Of a stretch of DNA of 64,000 nucleotides, positions 1 through 13,168 are shown piece by piece (position 1 is the stretch's first letter; every line of letters begins with the position of its first letter). A program made the translations under genes and the position numbers. Under the pieces are notes generated by a model. It worked only from the letters and a program-made list of their open reading frames with translations, was not told where the DNA came from and made no database searches. Origin of the DNA: Geosiphon pyriformis uo1 (lineage: Eukaryota; Fungi; Glomeromycota); the NCBI GenBank assembly GCA_016748015.1, contig JAAOMT010000607.1, forward strand, positions 620,001-684,000, written 5' to 3'.

Positions 1-1613
1 CTATTACAATGTTTCCAAAGTTTATTTGGAATACCAAACAAACCAGCAGCCTTATTATCCAGCAGATTTTTGACTACACACAACAATTCATCATAATTAA
101 TGGCATTTATAACTTCAGAAAAAGCACTATTGTCAAGGTAATTCAATAGCAGGTATTGATGCTGCCACAACTCAAGAACATTCCTCAATATAACCTTCTT
201 TCTTGTCCAGTCTTTTATAATTTTGTCAATCTTCTCTTTAACATCAACTGGATCCAAAATTAAATTGCCATCAGAGACCAGATGGTTCAATACCACTTTG
301 CAAAAAAAATGTTCCAATGCACTACAGATTGTGTGGCTTTTGTTAACCGCAAAGCTCTTCATCCTTTTTTCAACAGCTGACCTAATGTCCGATTTTTTAG
401 TCCACAATAATTCAGTAAGCTTGAAAACATGATAAGATTTCTTTGCATCACAGAGAGCAAAACAAATACAATCTAAACCTGCACCAGAGCTCACAAGATT
501 TTTAACAATAAAAGCTTTATTACTATCAAAAAAAATTTAGCACTCCAAAAGAGAGACAAATTGGTCAAAATCCACTTCATGAGAAGCTTTAACAATCTTT
601 GAAACCAAAATCTCCAGTCTATGAAACTTTGAAGACTCTTTGGTAAAAATCTTATTGTAACTTTTAAACCATTTTTTTTTGAAAGTTCTATTAGCCAAAA
701 AAGTCATTACTTTGTAAACAATGTCTCATATAATATTCAGATCTAAAAGTCTTTTGGCTGAAACAAATTTGTCTAAGAATATAGCAGCATTGGCTGCTGT
801 AGTATTTTTAAACTTATATTATTTCACCTCATTAGTATGCTTAATGTTAAATTTTCAACAATTTTTGTTAGTCTGCTTGCACAGTGAGTTCAGCTGCACA
901 TCTAGCAAACCACCCAAGCCCACAGAAACATAAACAGCACTGTAATCAGTATTAAAGTAATCCTCAATATTGGCAATACTATAAACAACTACTGTACTAA
1001 CCAGATTTGAAAAAACAAACAAATAATCAATTGTTTTTGCAACACCCCAAAAATTGCACCAAGTTGGCACTTTTACAAAAGAGCTCTCACTCAAGAAATT
1101 GACCAAACCCAAGTCAAGGCACTTTTTAAAACTGGCACACTTGTAAGAACCATTCTTATTGAAATTATCTTCCAGAATGACAAAAAAAAATTCATTCACA
1201 GTCTTTGCAATCATAGAATTAATATTACTTGTCTAAAAGAAATGTACTATCAAGGATGTCTTAGTATAAAGTCCCAAAATTGACACAGAAAATTTATTTT
1301 TGAACAGTAGCCTAATAGAAAGAAGCTAGCCAGGAACATTAATTACCTTACACATATGCCTTGCCAAAGAATTGTTTATGATAATTGTAACACCAGAACC
1401 CAAATGACCAGAGCCCAAACCAGAAATGAAAATCCAGACTCCATCAAACTTATTTATGATCCATGAGTAGATCCTATCTCTCAACTTAGTCTTAGTAACA
1501 ATAGAAATCAAATTGTTCATCTTATTATGCCAACAAATTATATCATTCTGTTTTGCAGAATTGTTCATACTCCTAACATTGTATATGGCAATTTTCCAAA
1601 CCAGATTACTCAT
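1..1613 (-). pseudogene. LINE ORF2 N-terminal part (APE endonuclease and linker), disrupted
   Basis: MSNLVWKIAIYNVRSMN...TKTKL, ILEDNFN (GDFN motif), KTIDYLF and TDYSAV (SDH motif); many premature stops. Confidence 0.9.
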
Positions 1614-3102
1614 TAAGAATTAGTAGAAGCTGACAAACCTAAACCAGAGCACAAACAATCTAATTTCTCCAAAACTGAATTAACCAACACATCTAATGCC
1701 ACTATTTTAAACTTTAAGCTGCCCACTTTGGTGGTCAGAACCTTGGAACTACTAGAGCTGAAACCAAACACATTAAAATTAACACCAGTGGGAAGAGAAA
1801 CAGATGGCACCAATATATTATCCACAGCCATATTTGAATCCAAACCTGAATTCAAAAGTGTAGAAACAACAAAAGAGGAAGTAAAAGATGAAGATACCAA
1901 AGACATTAATCCAATGAAGCTCAACTTTTTCAAGATACCAAAAACTTGGTTTGACAGGAGCTCTACAAAACATTCCAGAAAGGCCAAATGATCATGCAAA
2001 CCAGAATTATCAGGGGGAGCAAAAATTGCAGAAGAAATTCCAATACCAAAAAACCAATCAGTACCAGAAGAGAATAAAAAAACCATACATAAAGGAGAGC
2101 CACCAGCAACTTGGGCCCAAGTTTTACCACCAAAAAAAACTGGGCAGGCAATTAGGGCCTGCTTCTTTTTATATATATTGGCTAAATAGATTTAATCTTG
2201 AAAAGATACCACCCACCTACCACAAACTCCAAAATTCTCACCAACTGAATACATATTAGAAATATGACCAAAATATTTACACTTGGTGCAACAAGCCAAA
2301 GAGAGACCAGCCCAGTGCAAATTCACATTCCTAAACACAGAAACAAAATCAATAGCAGCCAATTTAGATGTTTTATCAGCAAAACACACTATTGTACATC
2401 TATTATGCACATATAAGCTGAGATTACAGCCAATGAAGCAAGTTTTCCCACCATATGATTCCATCAAACCAGAAAGATCATGCACTGTAGTTTCAACTGG
2501 AAGAGTATAAAGCAAAGTCTGATGCTGGTTTCTGGATACTTATATTAGTTTATCACCAATGGCCTTTGTCACACAAACAGAATTTTTTCCCATGAAAATA
2601 GACTATCTAGCTGTGACCAAATTAGTTATCTTAGATAATTCATACTCCACCAAAGCTTTTTGTCACAAACCAATTAATTGCATTTTGATTGAAACAATCT
2701 TTTCAAACTTAAAAAAACAGATTCCATAGCTGATTTAGAAAGATCAACTGGAATCTTCTTAACAATCACTTCCCGATTCAATTGGCTGTTTATCTTCCTG
2801 AAATTATCATTAACAAGAATTTTTTCACAGACTGCCAATTCTTTTGCCTTATTCAGACTAAATTCAGATGTAAATAATGACCTAATAATTCTGGAAAATT
2901 TTGAGAAAGTGGAGGCCCTTCTAAAACCATCAATTCAATAAAAAAATTTTTTGATTGCAAGTAACTTATCACTATTTGTTTTTTCAGATACAGCAGACAA
3001 CTCAACATCCAAAGCAAATAATTTGATTGGTTCAAAGCTACGTTTCTCCAAAACATGTGACTCAGCAGATAGAAGCTAATTGGGTTCAACAAATTTAAGT
3101 GC

Positions 3103-3893
3103 TGTTACTCATAAAAAGAAAACAGATATAGAGAAATAGTAAATCAATAAACAAATAGTATGTAGCACATGAGCATATTGTTCAGCAATGTGGAACAATG
3201 TCAGAAAATATGGCACATTGTTCAGCAATGTGAAGCAATATAAGCATTGCTCAAAAAATTATAGCACATTGCTCGGGAATGTGAGCAATCTTGTAGAACA
3301 TCAATTATATATATATAGTGGTAGTGTTAAAAGTAGAAAGAGCAGAATCGAAAAGTTAAAATCCTTCCACATCACAAATATCAATAAATAATTATTTACT
3401 ATCTCAATTCACTCTCTACTATCAGCACTTCATGTTGATAGTAATTGATACTTAACCACACTGGAACAATAGCTCTTGATCACGGCTATTGATGAAATAT
3501 TAACTTGTACATTGCCTTGGCTTATTTTTTTATTTTCTTTTCTTTTATTTTATTTTCTTTCTTTGATTTTATTGTTGTATACTAATTGATTGAGGATTAA
3601 AGTGCTAAGATACAGATGTCATAGTGATTGGTAAAAGACCCATGAAACAAGGATAAAACACTCATAGAATTGAGGATAGCTTACCAAGAAAATTACCAGC
3701 CACTATGCTAAGAAAAAAATTTGACAAAACTGCAGTTTTGGAAAGCTACAGATAAAATTCTCAATTACATTTCTGTTTATTATACAAAGAACTTCACAAC
3801 AAAATCTTCAGATAAATGACACCAGAATACCAACCAAACACCAAGTTACAGATTTGTTATTTGATCTGAAACCCCAAATAATCATCTGTAACA
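3103..3893 (+). repeat. 5' LTR (791 bp)
   Basis: Direct repeat of 13169-14000; termini TGTTAC...GTAACA; internal GCACATTGYTCAGCAATGT repeats. Confidence 0.96.
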
Positions 3894-3895
3894 TT

Positions 3896-3911
3896 TGGTG
3901 CTCTTTGTGAG
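3896..3911 (+). promoter_or_regulatory. Primer-binding site TGGTGCTCTTTGTGAG (possibly elongator tRNA-Met)
   Basis: TGG starts 2 nt after the LTR end. A decayed version sits at ~15544 in the relic copy. The tRNA identity is inferred only. Confidence 0.75.
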
Positions 3912-4902
3912 ATATAATCCTACAGAGAACCAGCACCAATAACACCATCCAAACAGTGGCAGAATCTGAAGAAACAGGAACAAACCACTTAAGATTTGTG
4001 AAATTCTTATTTCAACACTATTATACTTATTTGGAATTAACAAATAATAGTTGGCCAACAGAATCAGCTTTCAATTGCTACGTCAATGAAAGAATAGTAT
4101 ATCACTTGGAAGACCAAGAAGATCCAGAATCTGCCTTTAACAACTTCTTTAGTGAATTGCTCCAAAGCACTGCCTTTTCACAAAACTACCTATTTGCACC
4201 CCTAATTACAGAAATAAACCAAGAAATTAAAAAATACACCAAACAAAGATTTCTCATCACTTTTGCCAACAAAGGAAAAGGAAGGTTAAAAACACCAGCA
4301 AGAACACCAAAGCAAATCCAACTACCCACTTGGAAGAAACAAAGATTTGATTCACCTACTAATCCATCATATCACTACACACCTGGAAGTACTATCAATA
4401 TAATAAACACAGCTACAACAAGCATGACAATGCCACTAAACCAAATTCCATTTCAAAGTAAACAAAAGAAAGCAGAGTTATTAGGAACATACAGTGATTA
4501 TTTTGAGGAATTTAAATCACAATCCTCAACACCATCAAGAATTTGATCACCACCACCACAACCAGATTTTGGAGCTGTTAGTCTTTGGGAAATAACCAAC
4601 TCTGAGGAAGAAGAGAGTAGTGATCAGGAAGTTAATAAGCAAAACCCAATCCTAGAAAACTCAGAAATTAAAACTCCAGTCAATCAAACTCTGGAAAATC
4701 AGAATAATCAAAACCATGACATAATTAATCAACACTTATCTCCAGTAATTGTGATCAATCTACCACCAGTCCCACCAAATGCAGAACAACAACAACAGCC
4801 ACAACCACTATCTTAACAACAAATCCAGCAGCAATCACAACAACCAATGACTTACACTCCAATTGCCAAAATTGAGAAATTTACTGGCAAAGAGAACGAC
4901 AC

Positions 4903-5882
4903 TGTTACCAGACAAAATTAGAGATATTATTTAGCATGAAATTATTTTTATTTCCTATTATTAATTAGCATATATTATTATTTCAAATTATCACTTATTA
5001 TATTAGCAAAATGTCTGAAATTATTATTTAATTAATAACCCAATTTGTACATAACACAAATGTAACTTAAGTGCAATAATCAATTATGCAATACCCTGAA
5101 ATATGTAACATTCAAAAAGTTTGCCGAAATTTGTAGAAGTTCACTGAAATAATTGATAGTTTACCAAAATATCTAATAGTTCACAGAAATAACTTGTAGT
5201 TTGCCAAAATGTATCTTTAGTTCAGCGAAATTGTAAAAAAGAGCAAAGTTCAAGTTCATAGAATAGTGTTATGACAAGTTGTATAAAAGAAAAGCTTTTT
5301 TCTTCAAGAAAATGTATCTTACTTAGATTTATTACTTAGAACCATTTCTATATATACAGAAATAAATAAATATCAAATAATTCAAAAAACCAAATTCTTT
5401 AATTATTGCACTTGGAAAGTCCCCAAAACCCAACTAATATTTTGAAATTGATTAGCTACCAATTTCAATAAACTATTAGTGACTCCAAGCCTGGATAAAA
5501 AATGTTTCCCTTGACAGAATTCTATTTTTTTTATATTTTTTTTATTTTCTTTCTTTTATTTTCTTATTATAATTATTAGGATAACCTACAGACAAGATTC
5601 CTGTAAAAGAGTTGACTTTCACAACAAAGTAACTACACATTTTTAGTAAGCTTTTAGATGAGCAATTCCTGAGAAAGAGTTGACATTTACTACAGTGTAA
5701 CTACACAAAGCAACTGGCACAGAATTGGCCATTCCACTTATAAGCCCAGCAGTTCAAATTATAGGAGATAATTTGAAGATAAATTCAGTTATTGGAGGTT
5801 CAACTACTTTTAGAAAATGTGAATTTGCAACCAACAGACAGTTACAACATTCAAAAAAAGAGACCAAAAACCTTTGATAACA
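4903..5882 (+). mobile_element. Solo LTR (980 bp, different family) inserted in gag
   Basis: Termini TGTTACC...GATAACA with TSD ACAC on both sides. Removal restores gag FTGKENDTQV*LNN, and the relic copy at ~16500 shows the empty site. Strand is inferred from the position of the repeat array. Confidence 0.9.
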
Positions 5883-8800
5883 ACACCCAAGTATGACTCA
5901 ACAATGTGAAAAAAGCCATCACAGCCAATGGATGAAATGATGACAGAGCCCTTCAAGCAATTCCCTATTTTCTACAAGATACTGTTGACTCGTGGTATCA
6001 GAGTTTAGCCATTAAACCTCAAACATTCTAGGAATTCAAAACTGCATTTTTGGGATATTTCAGTAATAATAACAGCATTAATCACTTAGCCAACATCTTC
6101 ACCACAATCAAACAAGGAGAAACTAAAGCAGTTACTACTTATTTGGAACATTTTCACAGGAATCTGTGCCAAATCTAAGCAATTCAAGCTGACTATTTTA
6201 CAGTGCCTCAGATTTTAAATTAGTTTATCCATGAACTGCATAATAGCCTATTCCAATGTGTACATCCAATGCACCCACAAACTCTCCAAAACACCATCAC
6301 AAATGTTAGAGATTTTGAATTGGCAGAACTTGAAGCAAACCATGCCCAAGTCATTAATCTAGTGATGAATAGATCATCTGAATTGGATTTCAAATTGAAA
6401 CAATTAAGTGATTCAACTAATTAGAAATTGGAAGGATACTTAGCTGACAATTATGCAATTTATCAACCACCACAACAATGCAATAACCCAGAAAACATGA
6501 ATTGTTTCCAAAATCAGTCATGTCTATCTTCATTTCCAAATTAGCCGTGGCAACAAGAGATGCATGTCTGCCATAACTGTGGTAAACAAGACCACATTAA
6601 AGCTGACTGCTGATTTTATAATAATAACTCATGATTGGGAAATCAATATCGAAACCCTGATTGTTGGTTACAAACTCCAAACTATCAATCAACCTCAACA
6701 ATATATCAACCAAATTACATACTTATGATGCAACCGCAGATTTATCAGCCTCCAATTTATTAACCAACAACATCTGTTATCTATCAACCACAGTCCCAAC
6801 CCATATATCAGCTGTAGCCCCAAGTAATTTATCAATCCCACCAAATTCAAACACTGTTACAAAAATTACCTCAAAATGGAACCCAAAGGCCGAGACTGAT
6901 ACAGCAAAGCTGGAGATTGTCAATGGTGGTCCATCAACTGATCCCCAGTTCTATAACACAACCATTAGAATCTCGACCATGGAATTCAGGCACCAGGTAT
7001 GCTTAACATCCAAATTCCCAGAACTATTTAAGTCTACTGGTTACTCCAGAAGACACCCAACCCAATAATCCAGAAACCAATAAACACCCAACACTTACCA
7101 ACAATATTCCGTCAGCTATCATTACCAAGAATAAATTACTGGATGCCATCTTCCCATTTGAACTCGAAGAACTGTCAATCACACCATTATTTAGTGGAAC
7201 CACTCTAGAAGAAAAACCTATTACTGCCATGTACACTGATGCCAAAGTTGATGGCCATGCCATCAAATTGATCCTAGACAATGGATCAGTTGGCAGCATC
7301 ATTACAAAACAACTTATGGACCAATTAGGTCACCGAGTTGATCACACTGCCAGCACCAGAATCATAACTGCCAATGGAGCAACCAAAACTCCCATTGGTG
7401 AGATTGATGACTTTCCTATAGAAGTCAATGACATCATCGTACCAATCAAAGTATTAGTCATGGAAGCCACCTAATACCAAGCCCTCGTTAGTAATGATTG
7501 ACTATCAAAAACCAATGCATTGCTTGATTGGAATATGCAGAAACTTCAAATTAGCCAGAATGGATGACACACACGAGTACCAGCCACATGTGACCACTTC
7601 AAGACCACCAACTCGACAACACCTCTCATTAAGTTTGAGGAAGAAAAGAAGAAACCTATCTGGAAAGCCTACCAAGTTTCTTGGACTGACACAGAACACA
7701 ATGAGCTGCTGCCAGTACCTTTGTGAAATGATAATAACAGGAAAAGAAAGAAAAGAAAAGAACCTATCTGGAATTTTGACTAAGCATAGAAAACCAATAA
7801 CAACTAGGAAAAGCTAATAGAATGGAAATGGCAAGAAAATAAAAAGGGAAAAGGAAAAGAAAAAGAAAAAGAACCAACACCTGACAACACCACTTATAAT
7901 TCCTACACTACACTTCAACAATTCACTTATCACTGCTCAAAACTGATATGCATTGATTGCAGCAAGAAATTGTTGTTAATAGGCGCATGCTGTGGCAACG
8001 ATAAGGAATACCAAACAGCAACAAAGTTCTACTGTTGCTCATGCATCATAGAACATTTTGGACGACCAAAACAAGTAAGAAAATGAGATAACAAATCCTG
8101 CTTGACTTGTGGAGAAACTTTTCTTGATGAAGGAATGTGGAACAACATTCCTAGACAAAGAGGAATGTGCAACAAATTGTGTTAGTACACAATTCTCATA
8201 AGTGACTGGATGAGAAAAGGAATGCCCATAGACACTGTCTGAAAACAAGCCATCAAATATCTGGATGGATGTCCACACAATGACAATGAAATCTGGTGAA
8301 TGGCACTTGCCAAAGTCGAAAGAGCGTCACCAGAAGAAATAAAAACAATTAAAGATAATCCATCAGAACCCATAGAACTCGATTGGGATCCAAAACCAGT
8401 CATAAATCTACTAGATCCAGAACAATTCCACAAACACTATCAGGAATTAGCACCCACTAGAGAAGAACAAAAGCAATGGTTGGAAGAAATAAACACCCAA
8501 TTATGAAACCACTGTTTAATTCCATGTGACTTCCAATATTGTAATGAGTGTGATCTCATTTAAAATTCACCACCACACATAATCTACACAATCTCAGAAA
8601 AAGACAAACCAATAAGCAACTGCGCATTATAATCAGAATTAGTTTTCAATTCCGATTCAAATTCTGACAATGACAATGACAAAAACAACAGTTCCAGTTC
8701 TGCTCTAAATAGCAACAAAAATTACAATGATGCAAACTCCAATTCAAACTCCAAAACATATATTGCCCTCTCTGACCTTACCAAGAAGCAGGAACTGAAA

Positions 8801-9223
8801 TGGTTCAGTGATAATAATGAAGGTATTATACCTAAATGCGTGCACAATACTAATGCAGGGTTTGATCTAAAATATCCAGGAAAAGATCTCATCAAATTAA
8901 AACCACATTCGCACACTTGCATCGATCTGAAAATAGCACTAGAAATCTCAGCAACAACAATAGTTCAATTAGCATTTAGGAGTAGTCTAGCAAAAAAGAG
9001 AATCAACATCAGAGGAGGAATAATTGATGCAGGATACATAGGAAATATCATTGTTATGTTACAAAATGATTCAGAAAAAGCATATACTATAGATCCAAAT
9101 GAAAAGATAACACAGACAATATTTTTATCTCTGGTGAAAATAGCTTAATTAGTGTCAATGGAAAACAGGAAAAAATTAGGGATTACTGCTAAAAGAATAC
9201 AGGGATTTAGATCAATGGGTAGA
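8801..9223 (+). pseudogene. Trimeric dUTPase domain within Gypsy Pol
   Basis: All five motifs are recognisable: AGFDL, RSSLA, GIIDAGYIG, EKITQ and KRIQGFRSMG (decayed RGxxGFGSTG). Confidence 0.92.
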
Positions 9224-12200
9224 ATAGATATATCAGTTAATATAGCAGAGGAAGAGGTTATTGACAAAGGAGAAATTATCTCAACCCATCAAACAATTTC
9301 CATTCTACCATATAACCAATATATGTTAGCCATAAAAAGTGAAGTAAAGAATCAAGCTCAGTTGTTTGAAGCAAAAGCTACCATTTGTGAATCAGGAGAA
9401 ATTGGACTCACCAATCTCTACATATTAGTCAACAACTCCAAGAATATCAAAATTCCCATCTACAACACAATGGAAAATATTATCAAAATACCAAAAGAAC
9501 TATCATTGGATATTTAACCACCAAAGTTGAGGACCAACCACCAAACCATGTTCCAGATTTTTCACAGCTTTGCAGATATGTGAATATTACATCACAAATC
9601 ATCTATAGACGAAGTGAATGTTATATGCTCCAACCAGAACAATTGGAACAGATAAACATGGGGAATCTAGATCCACTTCAACAGATGCAACTAAAGATGT
9701 TACTTAACAATTTCAATGCCATCTTTGCTAGCAAAAATGAATTTGGCTGCACCAACATCATCCAGCATTAGATCAAAACTGGAGATGCAATGCCAATTAA
9801 ACAAAGAGCATACAGAGTACTACTAGCTAGCCATGAGATTGTTTGTCAAAAAATTAACCAAATGCTTGACAACAGACTAATTCAACCATCAATGAGCCCA
9901 TGGTTGTCACCAGTGGTACTAGTCCAGAAGAAGAATGGAAAAATCTGCTTTTGTGTAGATTACTAAAAATTGAATGGAGTAACCAAAAGAGACAACTACT
10001 CAACTCCAAAGATCCAAGAACTATTTGATGCTTTTGGAAGAAATAAATGGTTCTCAACATTAGATTTAGATAGTGGTTACTGACAAGTAGCCATGGACTC
10101 AGCTGACAAAGAAAAGACTGCATTCACAACAAAAGAAGGAAATTTTGAATTTGAAGTCATGCCATTTGGCTTGATGAATGCTCCAGCAACATTCCAACGA
10201 CTCATAAAAATTGTCTATACTGGATTACTATGGAAATCAGTAGTTATATACTTAAATGACACCAATGTGTTCTCAAAAACATTTGATAACCATCTATATT
10301 ATCTCCAACAAGTATTTGAAAGACTCAGACGTGCAAGATTGAAACTAAATACCAATAAATGCTTCTTTGGCAAAACCGAGCTCAAGTTTTTGGAACATGT
10401 TGTAAGCAAAGATGGTATCAAAACAGATTCAGATAAGATTGCAATAGTAAAGAACTTTCCAGTACCAACAAACTTGCCAGAACTAAGGACATTTTTGGAA
10501 TTTGCAGGCTATTATTACTGCTTCATCAAAGACTTTTCTAAACTAGCTCAGCCATTTCACCATCTACAAACCAAGAATATGAAATATGAATGGATGGAAG
10601 CTCAACAAAAAGTGTTTAACACATTAAGAAAAAAGCTTATTCAAGCTCCAATGTTAATGTATCCAGATCACAGCAAACCATTCATCATTACTACTGATAC
10701 ATCAGGTCAAGCATTGAGAGCAGTAATATCACAGAAAAGACCAGATGGAAGAAAGCATCCAGTAACTTATGTCAGTAGAAGCTTAAATCCATCTGAAAAA
10801 AATTATGGAACATTAGCACTGGAACATTTAGCAATCTATTGGGCAGTCATAAAATAGAGAGAATACTTGAGCCAAAAGTTTGATGTTTACACCAATCACA
10901 AAGGACTGACTTCAATCCAGAAGCAAAAATTTGCAGATAATCGCCATGCCAGATGAAAAATAGAACTTTTACCATTTAATTATACAATATATTATAAAAA
11001 AAGAAAAAACAATGGAAATGCTGATGGATTGTCGTGAATAAAACAAATCTAAAAACATTTCAACCCAAAAATAGAACAAAAGATGAATATACAAAAATAC
11101 TAACAACTATAATATTATATAAATACTCAATTGTTCAAGGAGAAATTATCTCAAAAAGAACAAAGAGACATAAAACAACAATTCAAATATTTTATCAACC
11201 ATCAAAATATACTTTACCAGAAGAACAAAAGAAATCCAGATCAACCAACCAGAGTAATCACAGAACCAGAGAAAGAGACAATATTATTTAATATACATTC
11301 AGATCCAACAGCAGGGCATTTTCACAAAAAAGCAATCATAGAAAGAACCAGAAAAAGATACTATTGGCCATCAATGTATCCAGACATCATCCAATACATG
11401 CAAAATTGTGATGCTTGTTAGAGAAGAGAAGGAGCAAGACCAAATAAACCATTAAGACCAATCAAAGTGGAACAATCATTTGATCGCATTGGAATTGACT
11501 TAGTCAGACCATTAACAATCACCAGCAGAGGCAACAAATATATCACAGTAGCCATAGACTATCTCACCAAATGTCCAGAAGCAAAAGCCATTCAAAAAGC
11601 AGATGCAGAATCTGTTGCTGAATTTGTTCATCAAGATTTGATTTGTCAACATGGATGTCCAAAAGAATTATTATCAAATCAAGAAACTCACTTTGTGAAC
11701 AGAACACTGACAGAATTAAGTCAGAGATTTGGAATCAAAAGACTATTATCATTACCATATCATCTACAAATCAATGGACTAGTTGAAAGATTCAATAGAA
11801 CCTTGTGTAAAGCAATCACCAAAATCAGTCAAAAAAACCAAGATGAATGAGATTTGTTCATACCATTAGTACTATTTGCTTATCAGACAATAAAACAAGA
11901 CACTATACAAACAACACCATTTGAATTAGTATATGATAGAACAGTCACATTACCAGTCAAGATAGAAGTCAACACTTATCCAACAGAACCAATAATTAAA
12001 GACAATTTTCAGAAAACATTGCTAAGAAGAACATATAACTTGATGGAAACTTTAGAAAACAAGTGACGAAAAGCAGCTGATAATATTCAAAAGTCACAAG
12101 AAAAACAAAAAAAGAGACACGATAACCAACTACCAGACAAACCAGTTGAATTCAAGATTGAAGACAAAGTACTTTTACATCGTACTAAAGCAGAAAAACA

Positions 12201-12518
12201 ATGGAGTAGAAAATTTGAAAACAAATGAAATGGACCATTTCACATTGAAGAAATTCTTGAAAATAGAGCTTATAAATTAAGATAGAACAATAGAATCTTA
12301 GCCAAAGCAGCACATGGTGATCGACTAAAACCATATTACCAGATAGCATTATCATCTACCAATAACATTCTACAATTGGGAGTATAATGAATACTAGTCC
12401 AACTAAATAAGATTTCACGAGATCTGGAACCAATTATAATCATTGAACCAAACACATAAAATCAAACAATTAGAGAGTATATAAACACACAGTATACATA
12501 ACAAAAACAACTAAGAAA

Positions 12519-13148
12519 ATGGAAATACCAGATCATATTCACACTATAACTCAGCAATTATTCCAGGCATTAAGTCAACAACCATTAGACATGGAAATTA
12601 TCATTAATAACCAAACAATTTGCTATCGAAACACCTAAAAAAAGACAAAAAATACACCATATTAGCAGGTATCAAGAAGTGATAAAAACTGGTCAGATAA
12701 CATAATAAAAAAAGTAAAGAACACTTTTGGGAAAATCCCTGTTATGGCACCAACAGAAGAACTTACAAAAAAGAATTGGAAGCAATAGACAGAACAACTT
12801 CTAATATCATACTGCTACTACCAGTTAAGTCAGAAGTTAAATATTCAGAAGTTGTATACTAACAAATCCAAGAGAATATTTAACCAAAACATAATACAAC
12901 AAATTGAAAAATTCATCAAAAAGAAAACAAATTTAACACTACATGTTAAAACAATGTACCAACTATACAACATATTTCAGAATTATTCAGAAATACTATT
13001 ACACTCTGATATGAAAACCATAACCATTAACCAATGGAAAAGAATGAACAATACACAAGTAAAAGATGTAAAGAACAGAGTTGAACAAACAATACTTGAA
13101 AAAAAAATATTGGAATTAATTCAAAATAAAGATTTCAATAGAGCTTAA
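12519..13148 (+). pseudogene. Extra ORF (~209 codons) between integrase and the 3' LTR, unknown function
   Basis: The ATG at 12519 is in frame with the 12852-13148 ORF. Only three internal stops (TAA, TAG, TAG) occur, all explicable by C>T or G>A. The ORF ends just before the PPT. Confidence 0.75.
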
Positions 13149-13152
13149 TATT

Positions 13153-13168
13153 AAAAAAAAAGAAATAA
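13153..13168 (+). promoter_or_regulatory. Polypurine tract (probably G>A eroded)
   Basis: AAAAAAAAAGAAATAA directly before the 3' LTR. Confidence 0.65.

Larger units (their letters stand above)
3956..12459 (+). pseudogene. Gag-Pol polyprotein (ancestrally one frame): Gag with CCHC, protease, Cys-rich region, dUTPase, RT, RNase H, integrase
   Basis: CHNCGKQDHIKADC (~6569); LILDNGS (DSG protease, ~7270); MPFGLMNAPATFQR and YLND (YLDD); IITTDTS...LEHLAI; H-x6-H...CDAC; IGIDLV...NGLVERFNRTL; GPF-type C-terminus. There are many stops and a 1-nt deletion near 9497. Confidence 0.95.

Noticed and set aside
3163-3290. Short spaced repeats resembling a CRISPR array (also at 5115-5235 and 14717-14815)
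   Set aside because: The units are degenerate, lack unique 30-40 bp spacers, lie inside LTRs of eukaryotic DNA, and there are no cas genes.
6661-7068. 135-aa ORF as a separate gene or frameshifted pol start
   Set aside because: It is an alternative frame over the IYQP-repeat region; gag and protease are already in the same frame.
12060-12459. Chromodomain at the integrase C-terminus
   Set aside because: Only a GPF/SH3-like region is visible; there is no chromodomain aromatic pattern.
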